Source of the DNA: a virus
Taxonomy: Duplodnaviria; Heunggongvirae; Uroviricota; Caudoviricetes
IMG/VR virus record: IMGVR_UViG_640753025_000003
Length of the DNA stretch: 16,140 nt
Strand: one strand, 5' to 3'
The translations under genes were made by a program, and so were the position numbers. How positions within the stretch are numbered: position 1 is the stretch's first letter; each line of letters begins with the position of its first letter. Under the pieces are notes generated by a model. That model saw only the letters and a program-made list of their open reading frames with translations, did no database searches and was not told where the DNA came from. Below, piece after piece: positions 1-7,987 of this stretch.

Positions 1-1284
1 TTACAGACTTCTGGAAGGTTGCGCAGCTCTTACAACACGCGGTTGATCTTCCGCGGCGTCTTCCAGCGCACTTAAATCACGGTCTTTCACTTCTGGCATT
101 TTCAGCGCAGAGATTAAACCAATCACTGAATATGCCATGATCATAATGGCGATCGGATACCAGGATTCCGTCATGGTGCAGAAAATACCCGCCAGGATAG
201 GACCAAAACCGGAAGCGATAAGACCACCAATTTCTTTAGAAATAGCCATCCGGGTAAAGCGGTTTTTACAGCCGAACATTTCTGCCATGGTAATATTTTC
301 CAGAGCAAATAATCCCAGCACCGCACAGTTATGAATCACAATCAGTGCAACCATAATGGTGCTCGGGGCATAGCTTTTATCTACGATGATAGAAAGCATT
401 GGCCATGCCAGCACAATCGCGGAGGTATTCATAATAATATACGGGATCCGGCGACCAATTTTATCGGATAACCAACCAAGGAACGGAATGGTCATAAAGC
501 CGAGAATCGAACTGATCATCAATGCATCTGTTGGAATTGCTTTGTTAAACAATAACGTCTGCACTAAATAGCCCGCAAGGAAAGTCTGAATTAAACCTGA
601 GTTACCCGCCTGACCAAAACGCAGCCCTGTTGCCAGCCAGAAGGATTTGCTCTGGAACATGCTACCAGCAGGTGCAGGTTTTGCTGTCGGTTGGTTGCTG
701 TCGTTAACCTTCTCAAAAACCGGGCTTTCTTTCAGATTCATACGCAACCAGATAGCAAAGACCATCACGACAACGCTCGCCAGGAACGGTATACGCCATC
801 CCCACGCCAGCAGTTCCTCTTTACTGAGAATGAAGAACATAAAGGCCCAGATTGCCGTTGCGCTTAAAGTTCCGCAGTTAGTTCCCATAGCCACAAATGA
901 GGAGATAATTCCGCGCTTACCTTTTGGCGCATATTCCGCCAGCATCGTACCGGCACCGGAAATTTCCGCACCTGCACCCAATCCCTGAATAATACGCAGC
1001 GTCACCAGCAAGATGGGGGCAAAAACACCAATCTGTGCATAGGTCGGTAACACACCAATTAAGGTGGTACAGATCCCCATCATGGTGATGGTAATAAAGA
1101 GCACTTTTTTACGCCCTATTCTGTCGCCCATTTTGCCGAAAATAAATGCTCCGACAATACGCGCCACATAACCTGCACCGTAGGTTCCCATTGCCAGAAT
1201 TAACGCCATTGCCGTTGATGATTCAGGAAAAAATATTTCATGAAACACTAACGCTGCGCCGAGCGAATATAACTGGAAATCCAT
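1..1284 (-). CDS. ydfJ: MFS transporter of the metabolite:H+ symporter (MHS) family; appears 5'-truncated, starting inside the first transmembrane helix
   Basis: 427-aa ORF with stop at 1-3. Two MFS motif-A-like loops (GKMGDRIGRKKV, LSDKIGRRIP) and many hydrophobic segments. N-terminus MDFQLY aligns to the conserved (E)W(F/Y)DF motif that lies about 25 residues into ProP-type transporters, so the native 5' end seems missing. Confidence 0.8.
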   Translation of the reverse strand: MDFQLYSLGAALVFHEIFFPESSTAMALILAMGTYGAGYVARIVGAFIFGKMGDRIGRKKVLFITITMMGICTTLIGVLPTYAQIGVFAPILLVTLRIIQGLGAGAEISGAGTMLAEYAPKGKRGIISSFVAMGTNCGTLSATAIWAFMFFILSKEELLAWGWRIPFLASVVVMVFAIWLRMNLKESPVFEKVNDSNQPTAKPAPAGSMFQSKSFWLATGLRFGQAGNSGLIQTFLAGYLVQTLLFNKAIPTDALMISSILGFMTIPFLGWLSDKIGRRIPYIIMNTSAIVLAWPMLSIIVDKSYAPSTIMVALIVIHNCAVLGLFALENITMAEMFGCKNRFTRMAISKEIGGLIASGFGPILAGIFCTMTESWYPIAIMIMAYSVIGLISALKMPEVKDRDLSALEDAAEDQPRVVRAAQPSRSL

Positions 1285-2067
1285 AATTCACAGGTGTTTT
1301 TTCCCATCCTGTGGTTTCCTTGGCGTTTTCTAGGTTTTTTCAGATAGTTGCATTTTTTTAAAAGCATCCTAAGTTCGATCTCAGTGTCTATCTGGGGCCT
1401 ATTTCTGTTCCATATATGCCCCAAAAAACTCCCCAACAGATAAGTAGTTTTTTCATGGATTTACGCGTAAAATCAATAACGGCTGGAAATCATTCAATAC
1501 TCGCACTATCGAAAAATTTACCAGCCAACCGCAGCACGTTCTTGCATAAGGTGTGTCTGCGGTTTTTCAACTATTCAGATACATCACTCCCATCACATTC
1601 ATTCCTCCACATCAAAGGCATATAGGCTATATCACCTTGATATTTTTCTTCTTCAGATAAAAACTGTTATCTATGTATACTTTTAAACCCAATCCGTGTA
1701 GAGTCTCTGCATAAGATAGTTTGCAGTTGCCACTTCAGATTGCGCCATAAACCGCCTGATTTTTGCCGCCACCTGTTAGCATTCCTGTATACCTGAAACG
1801 ACAATGTTTATCTACGAACTTTAAGAACACCCAAGATAAAATTGTCAACTATATCATATATAACACATTACTAATTCGAGGCTATATGAACAGCATACTG
1901 ATAATCACTTCTCTCCTTATCATATTCAGCATTTTTAGTCATGCCCTAATAAAATTAGGGATTGGCATATCCAATAACCCAGACAAAACCGATGTATAAG
2001 TCAACATATCCTGAATCAGACATACAATATCGCAATGAAAATCAATAATATTTTAAGGAATATCTTC

Positions 2068-2301
2068 ATGAAATCAAAAGACACCCTAAAGTGGTTCCCT
2101 GCGCAGCTTCCTGAAGTAAGAATTATCCTAGGGGATGCTGTAGTGGAAGTAGCAAAACAGGGAAGACCTATCAATACCAGAACATTGCTTGATTACATTG
2201 AAGGAAACATAAAGAAAAAATCATGGCTGGATAACAAAGAATTATTACAAACAGCGATATCAGTTCTTAAAGACAACCAAAATTTAAATGGTAAAATGTA
2301 A
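2068..2301 (+). CDS. ydfK: Small prophage protein of the YdfK/YnaE family (reported as cold-shock induced)
   Basis: 77-codon ORF from the ATG at 2068, with AAGGAA 7 nt upstream. The translation MKSKDTLKWFPAQLPEV... matches my recollection of YdfK/YnaE. A long AT-rich leader lies upstream. Confidence 0.75.
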   Translation: MKSKDTLKWFPAQLPEVRIILGDAVVEVAKQGRPINTRTLLDYIEGNIKKKSWLDNKELLQTAISVLKDNQNLNGKM

Positions 2302-2617
2302 TATAATAAACTTACTTTTTTATCATTTTTCCACTTTAACAACATTTTGCTCCACTTTTCCACGACCAAACAACTTGAAATCTGGTTAAAATAACACGCA
2401 ACACTATTCTTCTTCCTTGAGTCCGCCCGGAACTCGAAAAACAAACCGAGTTAAAGCCATTTTTCACAAAATCGATTTTGGGTCTCACCAAAGTTACGGG
2501 GTTGCATACGCATTCGTTTATTTTCGAACGTGTACATACAAATATGCACAAAAATAATCAAAATTATTTTCTGAGATGCATTATGATATGAACACCAATT
2601 TCGTATAGAGTCTCACT

Positions 2618-3208
2618 ATGTCTCGAATTTTTGCTTACTGTCGGATATCAACGCTGGATCAGACCACCGAAAATCAACGCCGGGAAATCGAAAGTGCAGG
2701 TTTTAAAATCAAACCTCAGCAAATAATCGAAGAACACATTAGCGGCTCAGCAGCAACCAGTGAGCGTCCTGGTTTTAACCGGTTGCTTGCTCGCCTGAAA
2801 TGTGGTGATCAATTGATTGTGACAAAACTGGATCGCCTTGGTTGTAATGCAATGGATATCAGGAAAACAGTGGAACAACTGACCGAAACAGGTATCAGAG
2901 TGCATTGCTTAGCATTGGGGGGCATTGACCTGACCAGTCCAACAGGAAAAATGATGATGCACGTAATTTCAGCAGTCGCTGAATTTGAACGAGACCTTTT
3001 ACTTGAACGCACTCATTCCGGGATAGTAAGAGCCCGCGGCGCAGGGAAACGTTTTGGTCGACCACCTGTGTTAAATGAAGAACAGAAACAGGTGGTATTC
3101 GAACGAATTAAGTCAGGTGTAAGTATAAGTGCCATTGCCCGGGAATTCAAAACCTCGCGGCAAACCATTTTAAGAGCCAAAGCAAAACTTCAGACACCTG
3201 ACATATAA
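2618..3208 (+). CDS. pinQ: Serine recombinase / DNA invertase (PinQ/PinR-like)
   Basis: 196 aa. N-terminal YCRISTLDQ motif with the catalytic Ser, resolvase/invertase catalytic domain, C-terminal HTH ([19 protein letters not shown]). Convergent with the tail fibre gene. Confidence 0.9.
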   Translation: MSRIFAYCRISTLDQTTENQRREIESAGFKIKPQQIIEEHISGSAATSERPGFNRLLARLKCGDQLIVTKLDRLGCNAMDIRKTVEQLTETGIRVHCLALGGIDLTSPTGKMMMHVISAVAEFERDLLLERTHSGIVRARGAGKRFGRPPVLNEEQKQVVFERIKSGVSISAIAREFKTSRQTILRAKAKLQTPDI

Positions 3209-3305
3209 AAAATAATCTCGGTGTGAGATGCTTTACGTCTTCCAAGCCCCCTTCCTTGCCGTAAATGGAAAGATACATCTAATTATAGAATTTATATGTT
3301 TTACC

Positions 3306-3479
3306 CTACGGCAGTGCTGGCCATTCAATATCCTGTGCAGTTGACGTATCAACACGGTTCAGCAACACCCGATACTTTTTCCAGGCTTCCAGCAACAAGG
3401 TTTCTTCCTCCGTTGCGATTTCCAGCTCAACAACAGTCTGAACGTACCGGGAACAGCCTCCTTCAGAGCTTGAAGGATA
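3306..3479 (-). pseudogene. Orphaned 3' end of a tail fibre assembly (tfa) gene, in frame with and directly after the stf stop codon
   Basis: Minus-strand translation of 3306-3479 is [57 protein letters not shown]. The final 35 or so residues carry the conserved Tfa C-terminal signature (W..YR..L.RVD.S.A.DIEWP..P). There is no start codon or RBS; it is separated from stf only by the TGA at 3480-3482. Confidence 0.6.
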
Positions 3480-6400
3480 TCAATGTTCGCTTCCTGTTAA
3501 CTGCCGGACAAGTGCAACCAGTTCGCTTACCTGATTTTCCAGAGTGCTGATCCGGGTGTCTGCTGTTGCCAGATTTTGACGTAGCGTTGTGTTTTCCTCT
3601 TCCAGCGCGGTAACGCGATCATCTGTTTCACGGGCGAACTGAACAAGTAAGCCCGTCACGGCGGCGTAGTCAACATTAAGATAGCGCGTTTCTTCGCGTA
3701 GCTCGTTGCCGTCAACGGTCGGACCTTGCAACTCTTCACCATAATGAGTAAACGATCCCACAGCTTCTGGTATCGCCTCCATTACTTCCTGTGCAATAAC
3801 GCCAGCATAAGGCATCCCGTTTTCCCTGAGCGTGTAGGTGTATCCGTTCATTTTACGGATTGCTTTCGTCGCGTCGCTGATAACGAGAATATCGTCTTTA
3901 AGGTCGCGGTCTGATGACTGATTCAGCGTTGTGCAATTAATAGCGCCATTTACATCAAACAACTGGCCTGCTGACGTTTTTTGCGCATAAAACAGATACG
4001 CAGCAGACGTGCCAACCTCAAAAACGTTTTGTCGAGTACTGGAACCCCACACCCTGACAGAAAACGGTAGTTCTGCATTACCTGAGTTCTGTAAAACAAA
4101 ACGATTGCCAGTCCCTGATTGTTTTGTAAGGGTTAAATCAACAGTTGAGTTAACCTCATTCCTGTTGATAGTGAGCGCCTGCGCTGTAGCCCCGTTAACA
4201 GCACCTGTTTTGAGTTGAACCGTGCCGTCATTACCATTTAACAGTATCTCAGCTCCGCTAAAGAAATTTTTTAGCGACAGCATCTTACTTACGCCGGCTG
4301 ATGAACCCAACGCCCACGCGAGAGAATTACCGGTGCTATCAAACCCACGTACAAAGCAATCCATTTTGCTATAGTCTGACGTGCTTCCAAGGACATCAAT
4401 TCGCCCTCCGCCAGATTTTACCGGACTAGATGTGGTTAACGACCTGACAGTTATATCCTGATTCCATCCGGAAACAACAACCTGACTCCACGCTGTCCAG
4501 TTTCCATTAACAACAAAGCGAACGTATATACGTTTTGTGTCGCTGTTAATCAGCGTTTGCATGTTCGCATAATCTGAATCCCTAACCTTACGAGTCGACT
4601 CTACACGGAGCAAAAAGTTACCGGCTATGCCGTCAGGCTTATTGGTAATATTTGCACCACCTGCAGAGGATGGACAAATATAGTATTTAACTGCCCCGGC
4701 ATCTGACTTGATGATGGTCAGGTTGTTAAGATTAACCGTCTGGCCGTCAATGTTTTCCGGCTCGATGGCTCCTGCTATCCCGGCAATGAACGTAGCAACG
4801 GCTGAAAACGCTGTCGTACCTTTGAAAGCCAGTTGACCACCAATCGTTAATCCCTTGTCGAGTTTCGCTTGCGTGATCAATTTGCTGTTTTGTTTCTGAT
4901 CAGGACTCTCACCAAAAGCCAGATCCCCATTAGTATCAATTCCAAGATACTTTGGGTTCATGTTGTCTAACTTAAACCCAATGGACACATTTTCAGAAGA
5001 ACCAGAACGCGTTAAAACCAACGGCGTGTGCTGTACTCCATAGATGCTGAGCGTAGTTGCCGATGAGTCAGTATCGGTATTTGCAATCTCAATCGTTCTG
5101 CTTTTAATTTTATACGCTACTGTGAGATCACGGACTTCAACCCTCCCGTCGTGACGAACAACAAGATCCCCTCCTGATGTCCCCCCTGCTGTCTTTGCCC
5201 TGATGCGAACTTCGCCAAGCGAATCAGTGTTAGGACCAGCATAGATTATGCCGCGCTCTGTGTTATCGCCAGTATAAAACCGCAAAGCGGTGACTCCACT
5301 GTCTGCCCGCAGGAAGACTGACGGTGTACCTTTTTTGATTGTCAAGTCACCGGTCATTGTATCGCCGGTTTTTTTTACCTGCGCATCGTTCGTTACGTTG
5401 CCAAGTCCAACATCCGATTTCGACGGCTTGTTTGCCGAGCCGTATAGCTCATTGATGCTAAAAGTCCCGTTGTTAAGCCGGGCATCGTTGCCGGCATAGA
5501 TCTTAATCTTCGCGGTTGAGTAGTCGATATTGATCGCTGACCACGTATCGCCGCACCGCGAGAATATACCAGAACCGTGGCTATAAATGGTCGCCGTGCT
5601 TCCGGTCGGCTTATCACCGCGCCAGAAATGACCACCTTTGTCACGCAGAGCTTTTAAGATCTCTACATCGCTCATCTTGCCGTTTGTTGATATCCCGCTA
5701 CCGCCAAGACCGAAAGCGCCTGTAAGCATAGCATTAGAAAGACCCAAATCTGCTTTAGTCGGCTTGTTTAACTGGTCGTAAATCCTTACAACGGGGCTTT
5801 CAACATATCCAGAAGGCGCGGCGGTTTGCTTAACAAATCCGTCTGGAATGTATAATTCCGTGCGTGCCGTCTGCGCCAGTACCGCAACCTTTGCGCCGTT
5901 GATAAATGCACGCTGGAAGGCCCAAACCTCAATAAAGCCATCATCTTTAACCAGGCCGTAACGCATTTGCATGCTATTGATTAGCCCGGTTGGCCCTAAA
6001 CGGCGTATACTCAGGTAACGAGATACATTATCAGCAGTAAGCGAAGAAGGCAGACCGCGCGCCGAGATCTCGATAAAGTCAATGTTTCCGTAAGGGGAGC
6101 CGTAGTCACCGCCGTTAGTAACCATTAGCGTTACATGGCAATTGTTGCTTCCGGGATCGGAAAGTTTCGCGATCTTTATGTAAAAAGACTCATTACCAGT
6201 AACAACGGGCCAATCGTATTGCGTCATCGGGCTGACGAGTCCCCCGACCTTGTCGAGATATTCTTTCGCCTTGTTCTCTGACGCTTTAGCGTTGGTTTCG
6301 CTGACCTTTGCTGCTGACTCACTATTTTTCGCGTTGGTTTCTGATTTTTTGGCTGCTGTCGCGGAATTTGCCGATGCAGTTTGTGAGTCTGCTGCCGCCT

Positions 6401-7256
6401 GTGCGCTGTTATCCGCATTCATCTCAGACGTTTTTGCGGCCTTCGCGGAATTTCCTGCCGCCGTTGCCGAGGAAGCTGCACTGCCGGCGCTCGAGGCTGC
6501 GCTCGTTTCTGATGATTTTGCCGCCACTTTTGAAGCCGACGCATCCCGGGCTGAGGTGGCAGCTTCTGACGCTTTCGTGGTCGCGGTGGATGCAGAAGTG
6601 GCCGCAGATTTTTGTGATGCTGCGGCATTCGTTTCTGACGTTTTCGCTGCACCGGCACTGGTGGCTGCCGCGCTTTTTGAAGACTCTGCAGCGGCAGCAC
6701 TTTTTGATGCTTCAGTAGCCTTTGTTGATGCCGTTCCTGCGCTGGAAGACGCTGACTGAGCCGACGACGCGGCCTGTCCGGCTGACGTGCTGGCTGCGCG
6801 TGCGGAGTCCGCAGCATCAGTCGCATGGGTTGCCGCCTCACGGGCTGATGTGCGGGCATCACTGGCTGACTTCTTCGCGGCTGCCGTGTTCTGTGCCACT
6901 GCGGACGCGTTACGCGCCACCTCTTCCACCATCAGTTCAAAGCGGCGCAGTGCCTCCGGACGGACATCATCCTCCGTCATGGCACCGAGAAAATCATTCA
7001 GCGTACCCGGTTGTGAGTCTTCATACACGGTGATGGTTCCGGCATGCGATGGCGGGAAGCCTTCCACCAACAGAATAACGCTGTACTGACCGTACTCAAC
7101 GTCCATGCTGTAACGCCCGGCTTCATCCGGGTTTTCTGAGGCCACTGTGTTCACCACCACCGTGGTGCTGTTGCGCCTGGCCTTTAGCTGAATGGTGCAG
7201 TTTTGTATCGGCTTACCTGCGCCATCTTTCAGTACACCTGAAATCCGTACTGCCAT
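3480..7256 (-). CDS. stf: Side tail fibre protein (mosaic): lambda-Stf-like N-terminus, Ala/Ser/Thr-rich repeat region, distal fibre region, C-terminal intramolecular-chaperone-type domain
   Basis: 1258-aa ORF with GGGGGG-type RBS before the ATG at 7256. N-terminus MAVRISGVLKDGAGKPIQNCTIQLKARRNSTTVVVNTV closely matches the lambda Stf N-terminus as recalled. Low-complexity A/S/T repeats (SETNA-type) at about aa 125-320. C-terminal 144 aa begin with SDRDLKDDI and contain GVIAQEV, resembling the Peptidase_S74-type auto-processing chaperone domain, then a coiled-coil tail. Confidence 0.9.
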   Translation of the reverse strand: MAVRISGVLKDGAGKPIQNCTIQLKARRNSTTVVVNTVASENPDEAGRYSMDVEYGQYSVILLVEGFPPSHAGTITVYEDSQPGTLNDFLGAMTEDDVRPEALRRFELMVEEVARNASAVAQNTAAAKKSASDARTSAREAATHATDAADSARAASTSAGQAASSAQSASSSAGTASTKATEASKSAAAAESSKSAAATSAGAAKTSETNAAASQKSAATSASTATTKASEAATSARDASASKVAAKSSETSAASSAGSAASSATAAGNSAKAAKTSEMNADNSAQAAADSQTASANSATAAKKSETNAKNSESAAKVSETNAKASENKAKEYLDKVGGLVSPMTQYDWPVVTGNESFYIKIAKLSDPGSNNCHVTLMVTNGGDYGSPYGNIDFIEISARGLPSSLTADNVSRYLSIRRLGPTGLINSMQMRYGLVKDDGFIEVWAFQRAFINGAKVAVLAQTARTELYIPDGFVKQTAAPSGYVESPVVRIYDQLNKPTKADLGLSNAMLTGAFGLGGSGISTNGKMSDVEILKALRDKGGHFWRGDKPTGSTATIYSHGSGIFSRCGDTWSAINIDYSTAKIKIYAGNDARLNNGTFSINELYGSANKPSKSDVGLGNVTNDAQVKKTGDTMTGDLTIKKGTPSVFLRADSGVTALRFYTGDNTERGIIYAGPNTDSLGEVRIRAKTAGGTSGGDLVVRHDGRVEVRDLTVAYKIKSRTIEIANTDTDSSATTLSIYGVQHTPLVLTRSGSSENVSIGFKLDNMNPKYLGIDTNGDLAFGESPDQKQNSKLITQAKLDKGLTIGGQLAFKGTTAFSAVATFIAGIAGAIEPENIDGQTVNLNNLTIIKSDAGAVKYYICPSSAGGANITNKPDGIAGNFLLRVESTRKVRDSDYANMQTLINSDTKRIYVRFVVNGNWTAWSQVVVSGWNQDITVRSLTTSSPVKSGGGRIDVLGSTSDYSKMDCFVRGFDSTGNSLAWALGSSAGVSKMLSLKNFFSGAEILLNGNDGTVQLKTGAVNGATAQALTINRNEVNSTVDLTLTKQSGTGNRFVLQNSGNAELPFSVRVWGSSTRQNVFEVGTSAAYLFYAQKTSAGQLFDVNGAINCTTLNQSSDRDLKDDILVISDATKAIRKMNGYTYTLRENGMPYAGVIAQEVMEAIPEAVGSFTHYGEELQGPTVDGNELREETRYLNVDYAAVTGLLVQFARETDDRVTALEEENTTLRQNLATADTRISTLENQVSELVALVRQLTGSEH

Positions 7257-7267
7257 ATTCCCCCCAC

Positions 7268-7292
7268 AAAAAAACCCGCCTGAACCGGCGGG
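7268..7292 (-). terminator. Rho-independent terminator downstream of lom (hairpin CCCGCC/GGCGGG plus U7 on the minus strand)
   Basis: Plus strand shows AAAAAAA(7268-7274)-CCCGCC-TGAACC-GGCGGG(7287-7292); on the minus strand this is a GC stem-loop followed by seven T. It sits between the lom stop (7321) and the stf start (7256), and the stf RBS overlaps the T-run. Confidence 0.55.
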
Positions 7293-7320
7293 CTGTCATA
7301 ACACTGTGTTACCTGGCTAA

Positions 7321-7920
7321 TCAGAATTTATAACCGACACCCACGATGAAACCGTCAGTGCGCCAGTCACCACTGCCGGAACCTTCATAAGCAATATCAA
7401 TGGCCACGGATTCGGTCGGGTTAAACTGCACGCCAGCCCCCCACGCCAGAGACGTGTTGCTGTGGCGACCGTCATCACTTCCGGTCAGCACATCGTGCGT
7501 TTTCCCCTTGTTGTCAGTTACGCGGAGATAATCCCCGGAGAAAGTCGACACACGGCTGTAAGCCACACCCGCCATCGCATACGCGCTGAACCATTCATTC
7601 ACGCGCACAGACGGCCCCGCCATCACGCTGAACCAGCGGTTACGCACGGAATCCTCATGCCAGCGGGTATCGCTGTAATGCGTTTTTTGCTCATCTTCAG
7701 CGTTGGCATAACTGAATGACGTAATCAGCCCCAGCGTGTCCGTAAACTCATAACGGTATTTCACGTTAATCCCGTTCAGATCATCACTACCGGGAACGTT
7801 CGTCGAGGCATGAAGATACCCTGCGCTCAGTGTGGCCTGCTGCTCAGACGCCCATGCAGGCGCACCGGATACGGCCAGACAGATGGCTGCGGACAAAATG
7901 GCTGCACAAACTTTACGCAT
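7321..7920 (-). CDS. lom: Lom-like outer membrane protein (Ail/Lom family beta-barrel)
   Basis: 199 aa. Signal peptide MRKVCAAILSAAICLAVSGAPAWA, conserved blocks GINVKYRYE, SVMAGP, YAMAGVA and C-terminal IAYEGSGSGDWRTDGFIVGVGYKF ending in Phe, matching lambda Lom as recalled. GAGAGG RBS upstream. Confidence 0.9.
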   Translation of the reverse strand: MRKVCAAILSAAICLAVSGAPAWASEQQATLSAGYLHASTNVPGSDDLNGINVKYRYEFTDTLGLITSFSYANAEDEQKTHYSDTRWHEDSVRNRWFSVMAGPSVRVNEWFSAYAMAGVAYSRVSTFSGDYLRVTDNKGKTHDVLTGSDDGRHSNTSLAWGAGVQFNPTESVAIDIAYEGSGSGDWRTDGFIVGVGYKF

Positions 7921-7944
7921 AATTACCTCTCGCTTTTCTGCAAT

Positions 7945-7968
7945 AAAAAAGGCGCCAGAAATGGCGCC
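7945..7968 (-). terminator. Rho-independent terminator downstream of J (tJ-like; hairpin GGCGCC/GGCGCC plus U6 on the minus strand)
   Basis: Plus strand AAAAAA(7945-7950)-GGCGCC-AGAAAT-GGCGCC(7963-7968); on the minus strand a GC stem-loop followed by six T, between the J stop (7988) and the lom start (7920). Confidence 0.55.
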
Positions 7969-7987
7969 CGCATATGGGTTATAAAAT

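Noticed and set aside
137-988. Three plus-strand ORFs (61-113 aa) opposite the transporter gene
   Set aside because: Antisense to a well-supported MFS transporter, with no RBS or domain features.
1416-1625. 69-aa plus-strand ORF in the AT-rich region downstream of the host/prophage junction
   Set aside because: No RBS and a low-complexity translation in AT-rich non-coding-looking DNA.
2193-2551. Two minus-strand ORFs (83 and 71 aa) in the ydfK-pin intergenic region
   Set aside because: They overlap the ydfK 3' end or the pin promoter region on the opposite strand, have Cys/Phe-rich translations and no RBS.
3251-3272. Possible invertase crossover site (TTCC...GGAA dyad) between pin and the tfa remnant
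   Set aside because: Only 4 bp of true dyad symmetry and a poor match to gix/hix half-site consensus; not distinguishable from chance by eye.
6250-7089. Several overlapping ORFs (100-169 aa) on both strands within the tail fibre gene
   Set aside because: All lie within the repetitive Ala/Ser/Thr-rich stf tract. Their translations are low-complexity (Ala/Phe or Arg/Pro/Gln-rich) and are frame artefacts of the repeat.
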